A stretch of 64,000 nucleotides of DNA. Origin: Octopus sinensis. Lineage: Eukaryota. The notes under the pieces were generated by a model. That model worked only from the letters and a program-made list of their open reading frames with translations. It was not told where the DNA came from and ran no database searches. The position numbers were made by a program, and so were the translations under genes. The stretch is taken from assembly GCF_006345805.1 (NCBI RefSeq), contig NC_043022.1, positions 24,862,001-24,926,000 on the forward strand, in the 5' to 3' direction. Of the stretch, positions 53,341-64,000 are shown piece by piece. The stretch's first letter is position 1. Every line of letters begins with the position of its first letter.

Positions 53341-53657
53341 CTTACCAACCATATGGTTCCGGCTTCAGTCCCACTGCGTGGAACCTTGGGTAGGTGTCTT
53401 CTACTATAGCCTCAGGCTGACCAAAGCCTTCTGAGTGGATTTGGTAGACAGAAACTGAAAGAAGCCCGTCGTATATATATATATACCTATACATATATAC
53501 GACAGGCTTCTTTTCAGTTTCCGTCTACCAAATCCACTCAGAAGGCTTTGGTCGGCCCGAGGCTATAGTAGAAGACACTTGCCAAAGGTGCCGCGCAGAG
53601 GGACTGAACCCGGAACCATATGATTGGTAAACAAGCTACTTACCACACAGCCACTCC
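53341..53657. mobile_element. Two SINE B head halves in inverted orientation
   Basis: 53341-53477 and about 53494-53631 are reverse complements around a TA-rich spacer. Confidence 0.85.
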
Positions 53658-53818
53658 TATATCATTATTATTGTTATTACTATTGTCATTGTTCAGGTCA
53701 CGCTCTTAACCACTACACCATATGCCCATGGGTATATGGTGTAGTGGTTAATAATAATAATAATAACAACACCGAAAAATACCTTAGGAATGAGAACCCA
53801 AGTTTGAAATTTTCCCAA

Positions 53819-53864
53819 GACACCTGAAGAAGGCTGGAGGGTATATCAGCCGAAACGTTGTGTT
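53819..53864 (+). ncRNA. Minimal hammerhead ribozyme in a Penelope-like terminal-repeat fragment (53765-53940)
   Basis: GACAC-CUGAAGA-A-GGCUG-(10 nt)-CAGCC-GAAAC-GUU-GUGUU. Confidence 0.7.
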
Positions 53865-53939
53865 AACAAAAAACAGGATGAGGACAAGTATCCGTTGAAT
53901 GTAAATAATGTACATAATTCCCCATCTATTAAATATAGA

Positions 53940-55720
53940 ACAGTCTTGATGGATATTTGATTCTTGACCATGGGTATAGAATCTCTGATGTGATTCAATC
54001 TAAAGATTTATTTAACTGGCCTTTTACCTAAAACACTAAAAATAAACTATTATTGAAAGTTCACATGATCAGCTCTAGCTTAAAATTTTCTAGTGAAACT
54101 TAGTCCAAAGATGCAATCTAAAATGATTAGTGAGATTCTGACTCAAGATCTAAGATCACTGGCCATAGATTCAGAATCACTTGAGCTGCTGAGTTCAGAA
54201 AGTTAGCTGGCCTTAGGTGTAAAGCATCTGGTGAGACTGTATCTCAATTAGGTGGCAAGGTGGGAGAAGCGTTAGCACGCCAGGTGAAATGCCTGCCGGT
54301 ATTTCGTCTGCCACTACGTTCTGAGTTCAAATCCCGCTGAGGTCGACTTTGCCTTTCATCCTTTTGGAGTCAATTAAATAAGTACCAGTTACGCACTGGG
54401 GTCGATGTAATCGACTTAATTCATTCGTCTGTCCTTGTTTGTCCTCTTTGTGTTTAGCCCCTTGTGGATAGTAAAGAAATATGTATTTCGTCTGCTGCTA
54501 CGTTCTGAGTTCAAATTCTGCTGAGGTCGACTTTGCCTTTCATCCTTTCGGGATCAATTAAATAAGTACCAGTTATGCACTGGGGTCGATGTAATCGACT
54601 TAATCCATTCGTCTGTCCTTGTTTGTCACCTCTGTGTTTAGCCCCTTGTGGATAGTAAAGAAATAGGCATTTCATCTGCCGCTATGTTCTGAGTTCAAAT
54701 TCCACTGAGGTCGACTTTGCCTTTCATCCTTTCAGGGTTGATAAATTAAGTACCAGTTACGCACTTGGGTTGATGTAATCGACTTAATCCCTTTGTCTGT
54801 CCCTTCTATGTTTAGTCCCTTGTGGGCAACAAAGAAAAAAGAAAGAATGTATCTCAATAGTTACATAACCTTAAGGGGTGGGGCAAGGTGGCAGAATCAT
54901 TAGCATGCTGACCAAAATGCTGAGTGGCATTTCATGTCTGAGTTCAAATTTTGTCAAGGTCAGTTTTGCCCTTCATCCTTTCGGGGTTGATGAAATAAGT
55001 ACCAGATGAACGCTGGGGTCAAATTAAATCAACTTAGCCCTTCTCCCAAAACTGCTGGCCTGGTGCCAAAATTTGAAATCAATATTTATATCACTTACAT
55101 TAGGTTTAAAATTACTAGTGAGTCTGTGTCTAAAGATTAGATCATTGTCTTTCGGTCAAAAATTTTTAGTTAAGCTGTGTCTGCAAATTTAGACTACTGA
55201 ACTTGGGTCTAAAATCTCTAGTGAAGCTATGCCTAAGCATTTAGGTCACAAACATTGGGTCCCATATCACTTAAGACCGTGTCTAATGTTTTAGGTCACT
55301 GACATCGAGTTTAAAACCGAGACTAAAGATTTAAATCATCTACCAGTGGTCTGAAATTGTTATTCAACCTGTGCCCAGATCTTTAGTAAAGCTTTGTCAA
55401 GATTTAGTTCCCTGGCCTTTGCTCTAAAATATTTAATGAAGCTGTGTCTAAAGATTTAGGCCACTAATATTGTGCGCCAAATCACTATTGAGACAGTGTC
55501 TAATGTTTTAGGTCACTCACCATGAGTCTGAAATCTCTAGTAACACCAAAATGAAAGATCTAAATCACTGACCCAAGAACTGACATCAGTATTTCAATCA
55601 GCATCTTTATATCTAAAATATGTAATGAATCTGTATCTAAAGTTTTAGATCATTGGCTTTTATTAGTGAAGATTTTGATCACTATCCTTCAATTTAAACT
55701 CTTGAAGCTGTGTTGACAGA
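53940..55720 (+). repeat. Degenerate ~52-bp repeat, forward orientation, grading into the satellite
   Basis: TCACTGGCC / GTCTAAAATCTCTAGT / CTGTGTCTAAAGATTTAGG motifs. Confidence 0.7.
54250..54835 (+). mobile_element. SINE family C tandem (3 units)
   Basis: Head at about 54250; GTAAAGAAAT junctions at about 54475 and 54660. Confidence 0.85.
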
Positions 55721-58700
55721 TTTAGGACACTAACATAGTGTCCAAAATCATTATTGAGACTAAAATCTTTAGTAAAACTGAATCTAAATATTTAGGACAT
55801 TAAAACTGTGTCCAAAATCACTATTGGGACTGTTCCTGATATTTTGAGTCCTGGCCTTGAGTCTAAAATCTCTAGTAAAACTGAATCTAAAGATTTAGGA
55901 CACTAACACTGTGTCCAAAATCTCTATTGAGACAGTGTCTAATGTTTTGAGTCCTGGCCTTGAGTATAAAATCTCTAGTAAAACTGAATCTAAAGATTTA
56001 GGTCACTAACACTGTATCCAAAATCTCTATTGAGACTGTGTCTAATGTTTTGAGTCCTGGCCTTGAGTCTAAAATCTCTAGTAAAACTGAATCTAAAGAT
56101 TTAGGTCACTAAAACTGTGTCCAAAATCTCTATTGAGACTGTGTCTAATGTTTTGAGTCCTGGCCTTGAGTCTAAAATCTCTAGTAAAACTGAATCTAAA
56201 TATTTAGGAGACTAAAACTGTGTCCAAAATCCCTGTTGAGAATGTCTGATGTTTGAGTCCTGGCCTTGAGTCTAAAATCTCTAGTAAAACTGAATCTAAA
56301 TATTTAGGACATTAAAACTGTGTCCAAAATCCCTGTTGAGACTGTGTCTGATGTTTGAGTCCTGGCCTTGAGTCTAAAATCTCTAGTAAAACTGAATCTA
56401 AATATTTAGGACACTAAAACAGTGTCCAAATTCACTATTGAGACTGTGTCTGATGTTTTAAGTCCTGGCCTTGAGTCTAAAATCTCTAGTAAAACTGAAT
56501 CTAAAGATTTAGGACACTAACACTGTGTCCCAAATCTCTATTGAGACTGTGTCTAATGTTTTGAGTCCTGGCCTTGAGTATAAAATCTCTAGTAAAACTG
56601 AATCTAAAGATTTAGGTCACTAACACTGTATCCAAAATCTCTATTGAGACTGTGTCTGGTGTTTTGAGTCCTGGCCTTGAGTCTAAAATCTCTAGTAAAA
56701 CTGAATCTAAAGATTTAGGTCACTAAAACTGTGTCCAAAATCTCTATTGAGACTGTGTCTAATGTTTTGAGTCCTGGCCTTGAGTCTAAAATCTCTAGTA
56801 AAACTGAATCTAAATATTTAGGAGACTAAAACTGTGTCCAAAATCCCTGTTGAGAATGTCTGATGTTTGAGTCCTGGCCTTGAGTCTAAAATCTCTAGTA
56901 AAACTGAATCTAAAGATTTAGGACATTAAAACTGTGTCCAAAATCCCTGTTGAGACTGTGTCTGATGTTTGAGTCCTGGCCTTGAGTCTAAAATCTCTAG
57001 TAAAACTGAATCTAAATATTTAGGACACTAAAACAGTGTCCAAATTCACTATTGAGACTGTGTCTGATGTTTTAAGTCCTGGCCTTGAGTCTAAAATCTC
57101 TAGTAAAACTGAATCTAAAGATTTAGGACACTAACACTGTGTCCCAAATCTCTATTGAGACTGTGTCTAATGTTTTGAGTCCTGGCCTTGAGTCTAAAAT
57201 CTCTAGTAAAACTGAATCTAAAGATTTAGGTCACTAAAACTGTGTCCAAAATCTCGATTGAGACTGTGTCTAATGTTTTGAGTCCTGGCCTTGAGTCTAA
57301 AATCTCAAGTAAAACTGAATCTAAAGATTTAGGACACTAAAACTGTGTCCAAAATCTCTATTGAGACTGTGTCTAATGTTTTGAGTCCTGGCCTTGAGTC
57401 TAAAATCTCTAGTAAAACTGAATCTAAATATTTAGGAGACTAAAACTGTGTCCAAAATCCCTGTTGAGAATGTCTGATGTTTGAGTCCTGGCCTTGAGTC
57501 TAAAATCTCTAGTAAAACTGAATCTAAAGATTTAGGACATTAAAACTGTGTCCAAAATCCCTTGATGACTGTGTACTGTGTCTGATGTTTGAGTCCTGGC
57601 CTTGAGTCTAAAATCTCTAGTAAAACTGAATCTAAATATTTAGGACACTAAAACAGTGTCCAAATTCACTATTGAGACTGTGTCTGATGTTTTAAGTCCT
57701 GGCCTTGAGTCTAAAATCTCTAGTAAAACTGAATCTAAAGATTTAGGACACTAACACTGTGTCCCAAATCTCTATTGAGACTGTGTCTAATGTTTTGAGT
57801 CCTGGCCTTGAGTCTAAAATCTCTAGTAAAACTGAATCTAAAGATTTAGGTCACTAAAACTGTGTCCAAAATCTCGATTGAGACTGTGTCTAATGTTTTG
57901 AGTCCTGGCCTTGAGTCTAAAATCTCAAGTAAAACTGAATCTAAAGATTTAGGACACCTACACTGTGTCCAAAATCCCTATTGTGACTGTGTCTGATGTT
58001 TTGAGTCCTGGCCTTGAGTCTAAAATCTCTAGTAAAACTGAATATAAATATTTAGGAGACTAAAACTGTGTCCAAAATCCCTGTTGAGAATGTCTGATGT
58101 TTGAGTCCTGGCCTTGAGTCTAAAATCTCTAGTAAAACTGAATCTAAAGATTTAGGACATTAAAACTGTGTCCAAAATCCCTGTTGAGACTGTGTCTGAT
58201 GTTTGAGTCCTGGCCTTGAGTCTAAAATCTCCATTAAAACTGAATCTAAATATTTAGGACACTAAAACAGTGTCCAAATTCACTATTGAGACTGTGTCTG
58301 ATGTTTTAAGTCCTGGCCTTGAGTCTAAAATCTCTAGTAAAACTGAATCTAAAGATTTAGGTCACTAACACAGTATCCAAAATCACTATTGAGACTGTGT
58401 CTGATGTTTTGAGTCCTGGCCTTGAGTCTAAAATCTCCATTAAAACTGAATCCAAACATTTAGGACACTAAAACTGTGTCCAATATCACTATTGAAACTG
58501 TGTCTGATGTTTGAGTCCTGGCCTTGAGTCTAAAATCTCTAGTAAAACTGAATCTAAAGATTTAGGACACTAAAACTGTGTCCAATATCACTATTGAGTC
58601 TGTGTCTGATGTTTGAGTCCTGGCCTTGTGTCTAAAATCTCTAGTAAAACTGAATCTAAAGATTTAGGACACTAAAACTGTGTCCAATATCACTATTGAG

Positions 58701-61700
58701 ACTGTGTCTGATGTTTTGAGTCCTGGCCTTGAGTCTAAAATCTCTAGTAAAACTGAATCTAAGGATTTAGGCCACTAAAACTGTGTCCAAAATCACTATT
58801 GAGACTGTGTCTGAGGATTTGAGTCCTGGCCTTGAGTCTAAAATCTCTAGTAAAACTGAATCTAAAGATTTAAGACACTAAAACTGTGTCCAAAATCCCT
58901 ATTGAGACTGTATTTGATGTTTTGAGTCCTTGCCTTGAGTCTAAAATCTCCATTAAAACTGAATCTAAAGATTTAGGACACTAAAACTGTGTCCAAAATC
59001 CCTATTGAGACTGTGTCTGATGTTTTGAGTCCTGGCCTTGAGTCTAAAATCTCTAGTAAAACTGAATCAAAAGATTTAGGACTCTAACTCTGTGTCCATA
59101 ATCACTATTGAGACTGTGTCTGATGTTTTGAGTCCTGGCCTTGAGTCTAAAATCTCTAGTAAAACTGAATCTAAAGATTTAGGACACTAACACTGTGTCC
59201 AAAATCCCTATTGAGACTGTGTCTGATGTTTTGAGTCCTGGCCTTGAGTCTAAAATCTCTAGTAAAACTGAATCAAAGATTTAGGACTCTAACTCTGTGT
59301 CCATATCACTATTGAGACTGTGTCTGATGTTTTGAGTCCTGGCCTTGAGTCTAAAATCTCTAGTAAAACTGAATCTAAAGATTTAGGACACTAACACTGT
59401 GTCCAAAATCCCTATTGAGACTGTGTCTGATGTTTTGAGTCCTGGCCTTGAGTCTAAAATCTCTAGTAAAACTGAATCTAAAGATTTAGGTCACTAACAC
59501 TGTGTCCAAAATCACTATTGAGACTGTGTCTGATGTTTTGAGTCCTGGCCTTGAGTCTAAAATCTCCATTAAAACTGAATCTAAAGATTTAGGACATTAA
59601 AACTGTGTCCAAAATCACTATTGAGACTGTACTGATGGTTTGAGTCCTGGCCTTGAGTCTAAAATCTCTAGTAAAACTGAATCTAAAGATTTAGGTCACT
59701 AACACTGTGTCCAAAATCACCATTGAGACAGTGTCTGATGTTTTGAGTCCTGGCCTTGAGTCTAAAATCTCCATTAAAACTGAATCTAAAGATTTAGGAC
59801 ACTAACACTGTGTCCAAAATCACTATTGAGACTGTGTCTGATGATTTGAGTCCTGGCCTTGAGTCTAAAATCTCTAGTAAAACTGAATCTAAAGATTTAG
59901 GACACTAAAACTGTGTCCAAAATCCCTATTGAGACTGTGTCTGATGTTTTGAGTCCTGGCCTTGAGTCTAAAATCTCTAGTAAAACTGGATCTAAAGATT
60001 TAGGACACTAACACTGTGTCCAAAATCACTATTGAGACTGTGTCTGATGATTTGAGTCCTGGCCTTGAGCCTAAAATCTCTAGTAAAACTGAATCTAAAG
60101 ATTTAGGACACTAACACTGTGTCCAAAATCCCTATTGAGACTGTGTCTGATGTTTTGAGTCCTGGCCTTGAGTCTAAAATCTCTAGTAAAACTGAATCTA
60201 AAGATTTAGGTCACTAACACTGTGTCCATAATCACTATTGAGACTGTGTCTGATGTTTTGAGTCCTGACCTTGAGTCTAAAATCTCTAGTAAAACTGAAT
60301 CTAAAGATTTAGGTCACTAACACTGTGTCCAAAATCACTATTGAGACTGTGTCTGATGTTTTGAGTCCTGGCCTTGACTCTAAAATCTCCATTAAAACTG
60401 AATCTAAAGATTTAGGACATTAAAACTGTGTCCAAAATCACTATTGAGACTGTGTCTGATGATTTGAGTCCTGGCCTTGAGTCTAAAATCTCTAGTAAAA
60501 CTGAATCTAAAGATTTAGGACACTAACACTGTGTCCAAAATCACTATTGAGACTGTGTCTGATGTTTTGAGTCCTGGCCTTGAGTCTAAAATCTCTAGTA
60601 AAACTGAATCTAAAGATTTAGGACACTAATACTGTGTCCAAAATCCCTATTGAGACTGTGTCTGATGTTTTGAGTCCTGGCCTTGAGTCTAAAATCTCTA
60701 GTAAAACTGAATCTAAAGATTTAGGACACTAACACTGTGTCCAAAATCACTATTGAGACTGTGTCTGATGTTTTGAGTCCTGGCCTTGAGTCTAAAATCT
60801 CTAGTAAAACTGAATCTAAAGATTTAGGACACTAATACTGTGTCCAAAATCCCTATTGAGACTGTGTCTGATGTTTTGAGTCCTGGCCTTGAGTCTAAAA
60901 TCTCTAGTAAAACTGAATCTAAAGATTTAGGTCACTAACACTGTGTCCAAAATCACTATTGAGACTGTGTCTGATGTTTTGAGTCCTGGCCTTGAGTCTA
61001 AAATCTCTAGTAAAACTGAATCTAAAGATTTAGGACAATAACACTGTGTCCAAATTCCCTATTGAGACTGTGTCTGATGTTTTGAGTCCTGGCCTTGAGT
61101 CTAAAATCTCTAGTAAAACTGAATCTAAATAATTAGGACACTAACACTGTGTCCAAATTCACTATTGAGACTGTGTCTGGTGTTTTGAGTCCTGGCCTTG
61201 AGTCTAAAATCTCTAGTAAAACTGAATCTAAATATTTAGGACACTAACACTGTGTCCAAATTCACTATTAAGACTGGGTCTTATGTTTGAGTCCTGGCCT
61301 TGTGTCTAAAATCTCTAGTAGAACTGAATCTAAATATTTAGGACACTAACACTGTGTCCAAAATCACTATTGAGACTGTGTCTGATGATTTGAGTCCTGG
61401 CCTTGAGTCTAAAATCTCTAGTAAAACTGAATCTAAAGATTTAGGTCACTAACACTGTGTCCAAATTCACTATTGAGACTGGGTCTTATGTTTGAGTCCT
61501 GGCCTTGTGTCTAAAATCTCTAGTAGAACTGAATCTAAATATTTAGGACACTAACACTGTGTCCAAAATCACTATTGAGACTGTGTCTGATGATTTGAGT
61601 CCTGGCCTTGAGTCTAAAATCTCTAGTAAAACTGAATCTAAAGATTTAGGTCACTAACACTGTGTCCAAAATCACTATTGAGACTGTGTCTGATGATTTG

Positions 61701-61956
61701 AGTCCTGGCCTTGAGTCTAAAATCTCTAGTAAAACTGAATCTAAATATTTAGGACACTAACACTGTGTCCAAAATCACTATTGAGACTGTGTCTGATGTT
61801 TGAGTCCCGGCCTTGTGTCTAAAATCTCTAGTAAAACTTAATCTAAATATTTAGGACACTAACACTGTGTCCAAAATCACTATTGAGACTGTGTCTGATG
61901 TTTTGAGTCCTGGCCTTGAGTCTAAAATCTCTAGTAAAACTGAATCTAAAGATTTA
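55720..61956 (+). repeat. Satellite array of about 60 units of 100-103 bp (a 51+52 bp dimer)
   Basis: Consensus GAGTCCTGGCCTTGAGTCTAAAATCTCTAGTAAAACTGAATCTAAAGATTT + AGGACACTAACACTGTGTCCAAAATCACTATTGAGACTGTGTCTGATGTTTT; period measured as 103 (60604 to 60707). Confidence 0.97.
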
Positions 61957-62119
61957 AATCACTCGCCAGAGGTCTGAAATTGATATTGGATCTGTGCCCC
62001 TAAATTTTGATCTGAGTGCTTGTAGTTAAAATCTGTTACGAATCTATGCCTAAATACTTTGGTGGCTAGCCTTGGACCTAAAAACTCTAATGACCGTATT
62101 TATGAAGATTATAGACCCA

Positions 62120-63655
62120 TTTTTGGACTTAGTTTCACTAGAAATGTTTGACCCAGGGGCAATCATGTAAATGTTTATCAAAGATTTTGAAAAATTTCTG
62201 ACAATGCCTGTAACATAAAGCCTTAGGTACAGTCACACTGGAGCTTTTAGGCCCGGGTCAATGATCAAATATCTATATAGACAATTTCAAGAGAGAGTTT
62301 AGAATCAATCTTTAGAAACCATCTCACTTGAGATCTGGAATGCAAAGTCAATGATCTAAATCATTAGGTACATTTCCTTTTGTGACATTGTGCCTAAGGA
62401 CACTACTTTAGATTTTGAGACATAGTCTAACAATTTGAGGAAATCTAACAACAGATTTTAAGTCCCAGGTCAGTGAACTATGTTTTAAACTTAGTTTGAT
62501 GATAAATTTTATATTCAAAACCTGCCATGTGAACATTTAGACTCAGTTTCACTTGTGATTTGAGACCAAAGGTCAGAGAACTAAATCTTTAAGCACAGTC
62601 TCACAAGACATTTTAGAGACAGGTTCATTGATATAAATCCTTAGAGACTGTTTTAAAAGTAAAATTAGACCGAAGGCCAGTGATCAAAGTCATAAGGCAA
62701 TAATCCTACTAAAAATTATAGACCTGCGATCTGTGACCTGTAATTTTTTATATAAGGTATGGAAATTAAATGTCAAGACACATCTGATTTGAGATTTTAC
62801 ATCCAGAGCTGGTGATCTACACATTTACAATACTGTCTTTAGAGTTGGAAGGTCAAGGGCCAGTGATGGAAAATTTTTGGACACAATTTCATGGCAGATT
62901 TTTATCACAAAGCCTCTCATGGAAATTCATGGGACTGGTTTCAATAATGACCTGTGATCTCTGTAGAGAATCTATACCCAAGGCCACTTGTCTAAATATT
63001 GACACACAGTCTCTCCAGAAATTTTAAACCCAAAATCAGAGACTGTATTAAATATTCTCAGATTCAAAAAGGATGTTAAGACTGTGGTCAAGGATATAAG
63101 TAAGACTAGTGATTTTAAGCCAAAGAGTAGTGATATAAATTTTTAAACATGGCTTTGCTAGTGACTTTAGACCCAATGCCAGTGATCTAAATCTTTAGAC
63201 ATATTCACGAGAGATTTTAGAGCCAAGGTCAGTAATTTAAATCTTAAGCACAGATTAGCTAGAGATTATAGACTCAATGCTAAGAGTCTAAATCTTAGAT
63301 ACTGTGTCTCTAGAAACCAACTACAAAAGCAGTAAAATTAATATCTAGGCAGTGACTCCTTAGAGACTTTAGACACAAGAACAGTAAGCATTAGACCAAT
63401 GCCTGTGATCTGAGAGTTTTGAAAACAAATCAGGACACATTTTCACTAAAGATTTTAGGTCAAAGGCCAGGGATCTAAAGCTTTACATATAGCTTTCCGA
63501 TAGATTTTCAACCCAAGGTCTGTTGCTGAAATGTTTAGACACAGATTCACTACAGATTTTAGATGAAAAGCCAAAGATTTCACACTGAAGGTCAGATTTG
63601 AGAAGGAATGCCAGTGAGTCAAAATCTTCAGAAATTTTAGACTGAAATTTTAGAC
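62120..63655 (-). repeat. Degenerate ~52-bp repeat in reverse orientation
   Basis: For example GCCAGTGATCTAAATCTTTAGAC...GAGATTTTAGAGCCAAGG at about 63178-63230 is the reverse complement of the satellite monomer. Confidence 0.75.
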
Positions 63656-63660
63656 ATTAA

Positions 63661-64000
63661 GGCAGTGAGCTGGCAGAAACGTTAGCACACCAGATGAAAT
63701 GCTTAGCGGTATTTCGTCTCTGGTCATGTTTTGAGTTCAAAATTCCGCCGAGGTTGACTTTGCCTTTCATCCTTTCTGGGTCGATAAATTAAGTACCAGT
63801 TACGCACTGGGGTCAATGTAATCGACTTCATCTGTTTGTCTGTCCTTGTTTGTCCCCTCTATGTTTAGCCCCTTGTGCGTAGTAAAGAAATAGGTATTTC
63901 GCCTGTCGCTACGTTCTGAGTTCAAATTCCGCCGAGGTCGACTTTGCCTTTAATCCTTTTGGAGTCCATGAATTAAGTACCAGTTACGCTCTGGGGTCGA
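63661..64000 (+). mobile_element. SINE family C tandem, running off the window end
   Basis: Head GGCAGTGAGCTGGCAGAAACGTTAGC; junction GTAAAGAAATAGGTATTTCG at about 63882. Confidence 0.85.

Noticed and set aside
55720-61956. Satellite as a coding repeat (SPGLESKISSKTESKDLG / DTNTVSKITIETVSDVL) or an LRR-like frame
   Set aside because: The unit is mostly 103 bp, so the frame shifts every unit and hits TAA/TAG; no ORF of 60 aa or more appears in the track, and the ancestral monomer looks like 52 bp.
55720-61956. CRISPR-like array (palindromic repeats)
   Set aside because: There are no unique spacers or cas genes, and the context is eukaryotic.

Overview
This is AT-rich, microsatellite-dense animal DNA, most likely octopus (coleoid cephalopod). 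That call rests on recognising the tRNA-derived SINE families from memory, not on a database search. Almost all ORFs in the track are microsatellite or SINE read-through, and no intact, nameable gene is present. Recognisable content: (1) three SINE families, one often in head-to-tail arrays; (2) decayed non-LTR retrotransposon fragments (RTE, CR1, R4/Dong, Penelope, L1-Tx1); (3) DNA-transposon derivatives (mariner, hAT, pogo-like) with TIRs and TSDs; (4) Penelope terminal-repeat fragments carrying minimal hammerhead ribozyme motifs; (5) a ~19 kb domain (~45-63.7 kb) of an old ~50-52 bp repeat that switches orientation twice and contains a young 103-bp satellite with a 6-unit higher-order repeat. 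The most interesting observations are a TSD-flanked Tx1-type LINE whose last 44 nt match the tail of the tandem-forming SINE family, a duplicated Cys-rich exon candidate (39.0 and 44.7 kb), four mutually homologous coding-like relics at 5-12 kb, and several inverted structures. None of this amounts to a demonstrated new system. Boundaries of degenerate elements are approximate (about +/-20 bp), and all alignments were made by eye.
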